Positions 1 to 9,989 of a stretch of 55,547 bases of DNA are shown in pieces. The first letter of the stretch is position 1. Each line of letters begins with the position of its first letter. Position numbers and translations under genes: made by a program. The DNA is from Nemertoderma westbladi (lineage: Eukaryota; Animalia; Xenacoelomorpha), in NCBI GenBank assembly GCA_032718475.1, contig JAUCBJ010000705.1, positions 1 through 55,547 on the forward strand, read 5' to 3'. Below the pieces are notes generated by a model. That model was given only the letters and a program-made list of their open reading frames with translations. It searched no databases and had not been told where the DNA came from.

Positions 1-279
1 GTGATTAAACCCGTGGCGCGTATTGCCCTTCGACGGGGGGTTCCATTGGCCAAAAGAGCTGGGAGGAAAATTCTTAAACAAGCAATACGAAAGGGGGTTC
101 CCCAATTAAAAAAAACGGGGAAGAAATTAATAAATCAGGCTTTAGCGCGGTCTAAACCATCGACCAGGGAAGTAGCAAACAAAATTATGGAGGAAGTTTT
201 AAATAGTGAACAGAAGCAGTCAATAAACGGACAACGTAAAAAAAGGAAACGACGGATTTGTCGCGATATTTTTAGCTAG
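1..279 (+). CDS. Small basic amphipathic Polinton virion/core-like protein (5'-partial)
   Basis: K/R-rich amphipathic sequence ending RKKRKRR..DIFS directly upstream of the capsid gene, as for the small basic Polinton protein at this position. The true start is probably outside the window. Confidence 0.65.
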   Translation: MIKPVARIALRRGVPLAKRAGRKILKQAIRKGVPQLKKTGKKLINQALARSKPSTREVANKIMEEVLNSEQKQSINGQRKKRKRRICRDIFS

Positions 280-291
280 TTAATCGGCAAA

Positions 292-1545
292 ATGGAGGAT
301 TTTGTTAATGAGGAACTTAATCTATTTAGTAGTATCGATTCACAGGATGCGATAGAAGAATGTTTTGAGCATGACGTTTTCCCAATTACAACGCTTGGGG
401 AGGGTACTTCAATAATTGATTTTTCAATTGAGAGGTCGGAAGATCATTATACTGTAGCCCAAGAAACAATTTTAGAATTAGTATATCGAGTTGTAACAAC
501 GGCGCGCCCAAACAATGCCGCGATACATCAAACGCCGCTAAGTCTCGCAACACTCTTCTCTAATATTAGTGTTTTGATTAATGAGCGTGAAATAGAGAGT
601 AATACCTCAAATTATGCATATAAAGCGTTTTTGAATAGTGTATTATTGAATGATACTGTTACCAAATCAACAATATTAGCTGCCGCGGGTTACGGCGAGC
701 AAGATGAGGCGGGTCTCCCGGTGGAATTTGCAGCAGCGGAAGATTTACAAAGCAGACAATATCATGTTCAGGGTAGACTTTATATTGATCTTTTCAACCA
801 AGTACGATTTTTACCTCCAAAAACCAGTATAAAAATAAGGTTGACTAGGGCAGTTAATGAATTTAATCTAGTGTGCCCGGCTAATGTGGTTAGACCTCAT
901 ATACTAATATCAAATGCTAAACTGAAAATAAAACGAGCGAAACTAGATTCCCATTTACGTGAGCAACACGCTACTCAACTCAAAATCAGCGATTTCGTTT
1001 ATCCTATTATTCAGAATGAAGTGACCTCGTTTACTATTGCTAATGGGCAGCGTTCGATTGTTAGAGAAAATTTATTTACCAATAAGAACCTTCCCCGTTT
1101 TGTAGTTATTGCCCTCGTTCGCAATGACACCTATAATGGTAACTTATTAAGAAATTCGTTAATGTTTGAGCATTTCCATTGTAATTACCTACAGTTGACA
1201 CTAGATGGCAAAGTTCTCGGAGGAATAACCTATAAGCCTAATTTTAATAGTGGAGAGTTTATCAATGAATATTGCGCCCTCCAAAATAATTTATTATCGA
1301 TAACGCGTGGTACGAGTAATGGGATAACACCAAATCAGTTTCGAGATCGTTATCCTTTCTTTATCTGGAATCTTTCGCCTAGTGGTCATCTGGATGATGA
1401 TGAAAGACCAATGCATCGTTTTGGGAATGCGAGGCTTGAAATTTCATTTGGTCATGCATTAGGAGCTACAATAAATGTTATAATGTGGGCAGCATACGAT
1501 AGAACGATAAATATTAGTGAAAGTGGGGCAGTATCAATATTCTAG
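292..1545 (+). CDS. Polinton major capsid protein (double jelly-roll, PY/hexon-like)
   Basis: Intact 417-aa ORF with Polinton capsid-like motifs (ELNLF, TLFSNISVLIN, YAYKAF, GRLYIDLFNQ.RFLP, LPRFVVI, GNARLEISF), lying next to the protease. Confidence 0.85.
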   Translation: MEDFVNEELNLFSSIDSQDAIEECFEHDVFPITTLGEGTSIIDFSIERSEDHYTVAQETILELVYRVVTTARPNNAAIHQTPLSLATLFSNISVLINEREIESNTSNYAYKAFLNSVLLNDTVTKSTILAAAGYGEQDEAGLPVEFAAAEDLQSRQYHVQGRLYIDLFNQVRFLPPKTSIKIRLTRAVNEFNLVCPANVVRPHILISNAKLKIKRAKLDSHLREQHATQLKISDFVYPIIQNEVTSFTIANGQRSIVRENLFTNKNLPRFVVIALVRNDTYNGNLLRNSLMFEHFHCNYLQLTLDGKVLGGITYKPNFNSGEFINEYCALQNNLLSITRGTSNGITPNQFRDRYPFFIWNLSPSGHLDDDERPMHRFGNARLEISFGHALGATINVIMWAAYDRTINISESGAVSIF

Positions 1546-1593
1546 AATAATTTGAAAGAGTGAAGCAAACAAGTGTAAATCAATTTCTAGAAA

Positions 1594-2013
1594 ATGTTAA
1601 ACTCTAACGATTTAAACAATTTCCCCTTAGGGGAACATTATCAGGGGTCTTTTCCTATAAATCGCCTACCCAATAAGCAGAATAAAAAAATGAGTTTCAT
1701 ATCAAATACTCAAGCGGCTCATTTACCTGGGATGCATTGGGTTGCAATTTTCGTAGACTGTGACCGTGGTGAATATTTTGATTCATTCGCGCGATATCCA
1801 CCCCCGCAAATCGAGGACTGGTTGCTACGTAATACTAAAAAGTGGTTTAGAACGAGGCAGATTGTTCAACACCCGCTGCGAACTAGTTGTGGGGGTTATT
1901 GTTTATTTTATTTATACGAAAGAGGAAAAACTTCTACTCCATTAAATTTTTTTGGGGAAGATTTAAATAAAAATGAGAGACTGCTCGCCTGCTGGTTGAA
2001 GGAAAAAATCTAA
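1594..2013 (+). CDS. Adenain-like cysteine protease (Polinton PRO)
   Basis: NT..GMHWVA, EYFDSF and Q......CGGYC catalytic motifs (His, Asp, Gln, Cys). Confidence 0.92.
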   Translation: MLNSNDLNNFPLGEHYQGSFPINRLPNKQNKKMSFISNTQAAHLPGMHWVAIFVDCDRGEYFDSFARYPPPQIEDWLLRNTKKWFRTRQIVQHPLRTSCGGYCLFYLYERGKTSTPLNFFGEDLNKNERLLACWLKEKI

Positions 2014-2522
2014 ACTTTAATTTTTATAAATTATATTATATTATGTGTTACTTGTTAAGTGTTTTATGTTCATTATTGAGTGTGTTATACTGTATATCAT
2101 AAATGTTATAATGTATTATCGTAGAGAAAAAAATGAAAATTAACCGGTTAAACATCTTATATTTTTTAAACAATATGGGGAAACAAGAATAAATAATTTA
2201 CCGACAACATCAATATTAAATAATATAACAACAACGGATAAATAATTTACCATCAACATTAATAATAAATAATATAAGAACATCAACAATAACAAAAGAT
2301 ATAGTCAGAACAGATTTATTGAATAGACTGTTTATATTAATAGGGTTGCTGGCCTCCGAGAATAACTGGTTTAACCCTTTTAGGGTCCGATACTATTAAT
2401 GGTTGCGATAATTTTCTCTTTAATAGATTGTTGAGATAGCCTTTTCTTGGGGGGGTGAAATAGATTAAGGTGTGTTTGCTGCGGGAGAAAGATGCCTTCT
2501 CTGAGAGAACGTTTTAGTAAAT

Positions 2523-3384
2523 AGGTCTGGTGCAAAGGAAAGGGATTAGTAGAGAGGAATGCGTGTTTAGAGGCGCTTCATTGTTATGATACGGGCTGCC
2601 TGGATATAGTAAAGGACCCAAGTGATGCCATAGTGAGAACAAAGGAGGGCCGCTAGAGCATTAGCCTTGGGCGAACAGTCGAGACCGCTGATTTATATTT
2701 GCCTTGGGGGTATACGTGTAGATTCACTGCCTGTTGTATGTAGTTAATGAATAATGAGGACAGAAGAGGGGCCCCCGCCGATGAACGCAGTTGATAGTTG
2801 CCAGTAGGGAGCCGTATACCATAGCCATTATAAAGTTAAAAATAGACATTATGTCATAGTGATCTCATTGGTAATATAAAAACTAATTAATCTAAAAATA
2901 GAAATCAATGTATAAAGTAAAAGTTAATACAATTAATTAATTTAAAATAAAGTACAAATGAATAATTAATTTAAAATTAAATACGAATAAATAAAGTAAA
3001 ATAAAAATAATTAATTAAAATTAAATATAAATAAATAGGTATTAATAAATAAAAGAGCCGCGGTGTCACTTATGACACCCTCTTGGGCCTCTCGGCGACA
3101 GTTGGACCCAACTCATGACTCATCGCTTAGGAATGTGACACCTTGGGTGTCATTGGCGCCAGACTGTCTGGGTGACACCTCCCAATTAGGCTAATTAGAC
3201 CCTAATTGACAGGTGTCATCAATTAATTAGTACAATTAAACCCTAATAGGGGTCTAATTAGCCTAATTGGGAGGTGTCACCCAGACAGTCTGGCGCCAAT
3301 GACACCCAAGGTGTCACATTCCTAAGCGATGAGTCATGAGTTGGGTCCAACTGTCGCCGAGCCGGCCAAGACCCTACTACTACT
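2523..3384. repeat. Polinton terminal inverted repeat, copy 1
   Basis: Homologous to 31761-34790 once the 32404-34416 insertion is removed; ends CCAAGACCCTACTACTACT. Confidence 0.85.
3091..3361. repeat. Subterminal palindrome: 112-bp arms (3091-3202 and 3250-3361) with a 47-bp spacer
   Basis: The arms are reverse complements on direct reading; about nine TGACACC/GGTGTCA motifs occur in 3062-3316. Confidence 0.92.
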
Positions 3385-3549
3385 ATTAGGTCTATTTATT
3401 CAAGAAATTATATGTTTTTATAATATACTTTGGAAAATTAGTCGACTAAGTCATAATTTTTAAAACTTTAATTATGGGTTGAGTTATTTTATAAAGTTAA
3501 GAAGAATGAACCAATAGAGGGAGCCTGAAGTCTAATCTCTTGGCCTTTA

Positions 3550-5745
3550 CTCACATTAACTCCCAAGGTTGCATACTATCACTATAGCCGGGAGAGTCAA
3601 AGCTAGAGTGTATGCTAGAGTTAACCAAGAGCTAGGAAAAAGAATAATGCTCTTCTAGGGTCCAAACTCACATCCCTCCAATTAGAGAACTAAGCAAATG
3701 ATCAGCTTGAAGGCCTTAGACCCTTAATCGGAGGCATCGAGCAGCCAATGAGAGAGCAGATGCGAGTACAGTGGTAAAGCCCATCCATAGTGAAATAGCG
3801 TTGCACTAGCTCTCAAGGATAGTTATACTCACCATTCAAATATCCCTCGCAAACCAGATTCCCCCAACATCTAAAGTATTCCACTTCAATGCAAAATATA
3901 TAATGCAATATAACTCGAATATTTCTGTTTTTATAATATAAATAATAATTGTAGCATAAATTTATAATTTAACATAAATATAATGTGAAAATTCACTTTA
4001 ACATAGAGTAACTAAACTAAACACAAAATAGGATAAACAGATGGTCACGGGTTCAATCCCTACTCGAGACCAATATAAAACCAACACAAAATAAGTTAAA
4101 CATAGAATAACTAGAGTACCTAAACTAAACACAAAATAGGAAAAACAGATGGTCACAGGTTCGATCCCTATTCATATCCCGTTTTATGGAAAATAAACAG
4201 GAGGTTATAGGTTCAATCCCTACTCGCAACAATTATAAATCCAACACAAAATAAGTTAAACCAGGGTTCGAATCCTAGTCATGAAAATATAAAAAGTAAA
4301 CATAGAATAACTAGAGTACCTAAACTAAACATAAAATAGGAAAAACATATGCTCACAGGTTCGATCCCTATTCATATCCCGTTTTATGGAAAATAAACAG
4401 AAGGTCGCGGGTTCAATCCCTACTCGTGACCATTATAAAACCAACACAAAATAAGTTAAACCAGGGTTCGAGTCCTACTAATGCAATTATAAAAAGTAGG
4501 TAACACGGATGGTCACGGATTCAAACCCTACTCACGGAAAAATAAAAACCAATACAAAATAAATAATATAGTAGACTTTCATGTATACCATAGTAAATAA
4601 ACTAATTTAATAATAAAGTTTGTAAAATAGATAATGATCCGGGGAATTCACCGGCAGGACACATGGAAACGATTTTATTACTATGAAATACACTGAAATA
4701 TATTCTCACATTAACTCCCAAGGTTGCATACTATCACTATAGCCGGGAGAGTCAAAGCTAGAGTGTATGCTAGAGTTAACCAAGAGCTAGGAAAAAGAAT
4801 AATGCTCTTCTAGGGTCCAAACTCACATCCCTCCAATTAGAGAACTAAGCAAATGATCAGCTTGAAGGCCTTAGACCCTTAATCGGAGGCATCGAGCAGC
4901 CAATGAGAGAGCAGATGCGAGTACAGTGGTAAAGCCCATCCATAGTGAAATAGCGTTGCACTAGCTCTCAAGGATAGTTATACTCACCATTCAAATATCC
5001 CTCGCAAACCAGATTCCCCCAACATCTAAAGTCTTCCACTTCAATGCAAAATATATAATGCAATATAACTCGAATATTTCTGTTTTTATAATATAAATAA
5101 TAATTGTAGCATAAATTTATAATTTAACATAAATATAATGTGAAAATTCACTTTAACATAGAGTAACTAAACTAAACATGAAATAGGATAAACAGATGGT
5201 CATAGGTTCGACCCGTACTCGTATCAGTTTTATGGAAAATATAAAAAGTAAACATAGAATAACTAGAGTACCTAAACTAAACACAAAATAGGAAAAACAG
5301 CAGGTCACGGGCTCAATCCCTACTCGTATCCCGTTTTACGGAAAATATAAAAAGTAAACACAAAATAGGATAAACCAGGGTTCGAATCCTAGTCATGAAA
5401 ATATAAAAAGTAAACATAGAATAACTAGAGTACCTAAACTAAACATAAATTAGGAAAAACATATGCTCACAGGTTCGATCCCTATTCATATCCCGTTTTA
5501 TGGGATTTATAAAAAGTAGACACAAAATAGGAAAAACAGCTGGTCACGGGTTCAAGCCCTACTCGCGACCATTATAAAAAAAAAAAAAAAAACCAACACA
5601 AAATAAATAATATAGTAAACTTTCATGTATACCATAGTAAATAAACTAATTTAATAATAAAGTTTGTAAAATAGATAATGATCCGGGGAATTCACCGGCT
5701 GGACACATGGAAACGATTTTATTACTATGAAATACACTGAAATAT
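3550..5745. repeat. Tandem duplication of about 1.1 kb (3550-4704 and 4705-5745)
   Basis: Both units begin CTCACATTAACTCCCAAGG and end ...ACACTGAAATAT; each contains a B-box array and the 3' end of the TBP-like gene. Confidence 0.9.
4010..5575 (+). repeat. Array of ~50-110-bp degenerate repeats carrying tRNA T-loop/B-box-like motifs (two blocks, ~4010-4560 and ~5165-5575)
   Basis: About 13 copies of a GGTTC(G/A)A..CC-like motif, e.g. GGGTTCGAATCC near 4264 and 5378, and GAAGGTCGCGGGTTCAATCCCTACTCGTGACCA near 4400-4432. Confidence 0.75.
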
Positions 5746-5958
5746 GCACGTCCTATATATATTCTAATCGCGCAATATAATTCGTGGGTATAGCTAATAA
5801 ATATTGCTTTATTATTAGTTGTATGATGTCCACATTTTTTCATTAATAATTTAAAATTAACACTTGGAAAAATAATAGTTCGTGTTTCGCTATTAAGTTT
5901 CAAATTTTGTAATTGCATACCAATAGTTTGTTTTAAATAAAGCAATTCACTAGCTAAA

Positions 5959-7441
5959 CTAGAAAGCCAGCAAGCTGGCTGAAAGGAGCCCGGGGGAAAA
6001 ATCCTAGCCAACACTATTACAAAGAACTATGTCAGTCAGCAGTAAGTAAACTAAAATTGTCTAAACTGCAAGGCGTGAGGCTAGCTGACTTTGTGGCTCG
6101 CCCCACATAATAAAAATGCAACTTAGCTACCACTAACAAAAATATAATATGAAGCAAATAATTTCATTATCAAGAACGTTTACAAGATATAAGATGCGAT
6201 TACCGAATATTTATAAAAAATGCCCATGATGCACAACCAGATAAATAACAACGAATAGAGCCAAATAACAAATTTAGTTTCCTTCTATAGGTATTACCCC
6301 GTCGTCAAGCGGAATATCTCTTCCCAGTGAATTCTATGTGAATATGTAATTAGGTACTCCTTAGGCGGTAGGCCAGAGCGGGCTCCTTAAATACATGCAA
6401 CTACTGTATTATAGTGTAGGTCAACTATTAAACATTTTGCAATCCACAGTGAGTATCGACTGCAATAGGACACAACACACTGCTTTGTGTAACTAAAATT
6501 CATTCTCCTGATCCACCCCCTAACATAGCAGAGTGAGTAACCTTATTGTAGATATACCCTTAGGAAGCACTGGGAGAGCAATCAGCTTATGGGGTAATAC
6601 ATTAGAAACCAACAGCTTATGTGTGAGTAAACATTGCCTTTCCTTATAGCCTACTAGTAAAACTTGGCAACCAACACGTTTTTCTATGACTGTGTATAAC
6701 ATATTAAGCCATATTTCATCATGAACACCAGCTGTTATTTTACCATTGCTTTTAATTTCGCGACAAAACAATGTCAAAAAACTTAGGCGGTAGGCCAGAG
6801 CGGGCTCCTTAAATACATGCAACTACTGTATTATAGTGTAGGTCAACTATAAAACATTTTGCAATCCACAGTGAGTATCGACTGCAATAGGACACAACAC
6901 ACTGCTTTGTGTAACTAAAATTCATTCTCCTGATCCACCCCCTAACATAGCAGAGTGAGTAACCTTATTGTAGATATTCCCTTAGGAAGCACTGGGAGAG
7001 CAATCAGCTTATGGGGTAATACATTAGAAACCAACAGTTTATGTGTGAGTAAACATTGCCTTTCCCTATAGCCTACTAGTAAAACTTGGCAACCAACACG
7101 TTTTTCTATGACTGTGTATAACATATTAAGTCATATTTCATCATGAACACCAGCTGTTATTTTACCATTGCTTTTAATTTCGTGACAAAACAATGTCAAA
7201 AAACTAAATATATCGAATACCACACATAGAATTGATCTGAAATTTTGTAACGCGATTATGAACCACCAAAGCAATGTACTTGCAAAATTTTATCAAAATC
7301 GCCAGGCAGGAAGTGCCTTAACCTAGATAATTATCAGTCAGTATGTCAGTCAGTCAGTCAGTGTAATGTATCCTGAGATTTTTACAGAAAGTATCCCTGA
7401 GATTCTTACAGTAAGTATCCCGCTGTCAAGCGGGCTCCTAA
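5959..7441 (-). mobile_element. Non-autonomous Helentron/Helitron-type element (HINE/DINE-1-like)
   Basis: On the - strand: 5' TT-AGGAGCCCG subterminal repeat overlapping the hairpin CCCGCT-tgac-AGCGGG, a (CTGA)n microsatellite, the inverted CGGGCTCCT, the hairpin AGCCAGCTTGCTGGCT and a CTAG end. No TSD; removal restores the host frame. Confidence 0.75.
6360..7203. repeat. 422-bp tandem duplication inside the HINE
   Basis: Near-identical units start CTTAGGCGGTAGGCC at 6360 and 6782. Confidence 0.92.
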
Positions 7442-7658
7442 TTATTGCACAGGCCTACAATTGTTACTGCGCCGCTGGGAAATAGCATTAAAGTTGAATC
7501 GTCACCTTTGTAGATAAACATGTTTGGTTTTAAGCAACTTTGACCTGTAATTTGCTGTGAAATTTTCTCTAGTTCAAATTTGGCAATGTTTTTTCCGGTA
7601 AACTGTTTATTGGTTATTTCTATTTTGTTGTTCAATTTCTTATTCTAGAAAAATAAAT

Positions 7659-8664
7659 TTAAATCCTAGTAGGAGGGATTACTACTCGTTTCGCCGGTCT
7701 AACAAGCTTAGTGCTATAGTGCCCGTATGGTTTGCTGCTATATTTACTACTCCAATATGATTTCGTATCCCAGAGCGTTAGTGCCTTCTTATAGACATGA
7801 CCAGTAAAAATTTGATGCTTTCTAGAAGTGAAGGTAGAGTTATAGCGGAAGAGCATTGCCTCGTTTTCAAAACAGTCTGCATAATAAAGTTGCTTAGCGC
7901 CAACCGATCTAGATACACCTTTGGCGGTTTTCTTGATTGGGGCATCGTAGGATTGAAAACTGTAGACCTTTGGTTTAAGGAAAACCCACTGTTTATACTG
8001 CAAACCGCAGCTCTCATCTTTTACGAAGCCGAGAGCCGCTTTGTGTTTAATGGTATAGAGTGGATGTGTTGTACTGTAGTTGGAAGTATCTAGGAAACCA
8101 CCCTCAAACATTGCCCGTAGAAAGGTTAGCTGTGGTGCATTAGTTACGCTTAGCATTAGAGAATCCGTGTCACCGGCTAGACAGCGAATCTGGCAATCCA
8201 GTTTTTGTTCTAGAGGCTTCAGTTTGTTGTAAAATAGGTCGTACATCTGTAGCTTAGATAGATCTAGTATAGTGCAACCGATGAACACGCCCTGATTTAG
8301 GCAAACAGCCTCTTTAGTGAAAGTATGACCACTCAAGTTGGGGGTAAAGACAACAAACGATTCATGATTGGGCTTGGCTAAGAGCAAATCGCATTGTTCG
8401 TCGCTATTGCATAACCTGAAAGAAACGCGGTCTCTGACCTTTTGGAGGCATTTCCCATACAAGGCATTGTTCATCAACTTATAAAATAGGACCTCGAATG
8501 GGTTATTTGCCAACTGTCTTTTATTCGTATTAAAACTAATGTAGTCCTTGAAAATATATTTTTGTGAGAAAGAGTAGTCCCTATGTACTTGTGTAAGTTT
8601 AAGACCGAGCTTCAAATAGAGTTGAAGTAGCTTAATATGGATACCGTATTCAACCTTATTAAAC
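7659..8664 (-). pseudogene. polB: Protein-primed family B DNA polymerase, C-terminal segment
   Basis: KLMNNALYGK (motif B), AGDTDS (motif C), KDE and KG motifs; joins the 25486 segment in frame as HQFNKVEYGIH. Confidence 0.93.
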
Positions 8665-9911
8665 TGTACGCGCTTTTGAAGACCTTTAGCAGTTTAACCT
8701 GCCAAAATTTATATGTCTTTTGGTTTATAAATATACTTTAGAAGATGACAAATATTTAATACCAATAAACACAACATTAGCAGAAGCCAGCCTAGTGCGC
8801 GTCCATTCACCCGCTGGATATTCCCGGGAGACTGGATTCTGAGGGCTTAGATTATTATTGCAGTGTAAGCTTACTGTACTGTATTATTCGATTGATCGTT
8901 AATAATTAATTTCTGACTAATATTATTCACTTTCGGGAAATATTAACAGTTCCTTTAGGACGTGGCGCTCTATCTAGGTAAACAGAGATATGACTTATAC
9001 TAATCACAACGGTAAGTCGGTAAGGCTTAAGATTCACGTATGAGGCGCATTCTTTAGGAAATGCTTAGTTATCAGTCACAATCAGGCACACTACCGGTAA
9101 CACACAATACTGCTCACTAATTTGCCGACCGTCAATGAATTTTATCATATATAAAGCGAACAGCAATTGACTCATGTAGGGCTTATCAAATAGCATTAAA
9201 TTCACTACAAACCACAATAATATAAGTCGCAATCGCTATGTATAACCCGTCTCTCTAACCTGTAGTGTATCAAGAAAATTGGGAAATTTGGGTTCTTTAT
9301 ATATGTTCTCCAAATAATATTCAACCAAAACACAACAGTAAATAGCAGTATAATAATGTATGTTGAACCGATAATGTAAGACTGAAGTGAGATAAGATAT
9401 GATAACAGTTATACGCTCTATAATTTAAGCCTACTAATGTTTCTTCTAAAGTATGAAACGAATTGACTCTAGAGCCGTTGTTCCTGGCCTAGATAGCAAT
9501 AACAACAAAGTATCAAGAAAAAACAGTAAGACTGAACACTCTCCTTATGATCGGCCGAAAAGCTACACGTCGACAGGAAAAATCGCTCTGATTGGCTCAA
9601 GCCAAACAAAGAACCATGCGTCCAATGGCTGTTTCCATGTCAGCAACCAGCTGTTAGATGTCGTAATATGAATCATCACGGCTAAGCTGTGAAAGGTATT
9701 TGGTGCATTGCAGGTTTTTTGCCTTACCATGTCCGCTAAAACACGTATATAGCAGAATGACTTTTATGTCCGTTAAAACACCTGTAACGGTACCTTGCGG
9801 GCGAGGGGAATATATATACAGTTAGAGAACCTTTTTAGAGTATTCCAGCGCCTGGGGGGAAACTGGATTGCGAAGCAAAAGGGCCAGTTATATCCCACAG
9901 AAGCTTTTACA
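8665..9911 (-). repeat. 3' LTR of BEL copy 1
   Basis: TGTACG...TTTACA; preceded on the - strand by a short purine tract GGGAGCGG (9912-9919). Confidence 0.96.
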
Positions 9912-9989
9912 CCGCTCCCAGAAAATGGGATTTGAGTCTATAAAATATACAAAATCACAGTTTCTAATATACGTAAATACTCTAAACAG

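Larger units (their letters stand above)
1..3384 (+). mobile_element. Polinton/Maverick (adintovirus-like) copy 1, right part; continues beyond the left edge
   Basis: Basic protein, capsid and adenain protease genes followed by a TIR ending in the Polinton-type terminus ACTACTACT at 3376-3384. Confidence 0.9.
5646..7644 (-). pseudogene. TATA-binding-protein (TBP)-fold gene of Polinton copy 2, split by a HINE insertion (parts 7644-7442 and 5958-5646)
   Basis: Repeat 1 ...KPNMFIYK..STLMLFPSGAVTIVG and repeat 2 ...SYTHELYCAIRI..YFSVFHSNKIV resemble the TBP half-domain motifs (TALIFSSGKMVCTG; YEPELFPGLIYR..LLIFVSGKVV). Removing 5959-7441 joins them in frame to give ~168 aa. No ATG; TTG at 7635. 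Confidence 0.7.

Noticed and set aside
4010-5575. True tRNA genes
   Set aside because: Only T-arm-like 3' halves are present; no acceptor stem, D arm or anticodon arm could be folded.
6520-7124. Duplicated small ORFs
   Set aside because: They result from the 422-bp duplication inside a non-coding HINE, and the longer frame has a stop in one unit.
9453-9671. 72-aa ORF repeated at 25027-25245
   Set aside because: It lies in the LTR, antisense to the element, and is frameshifted in the third LTR.
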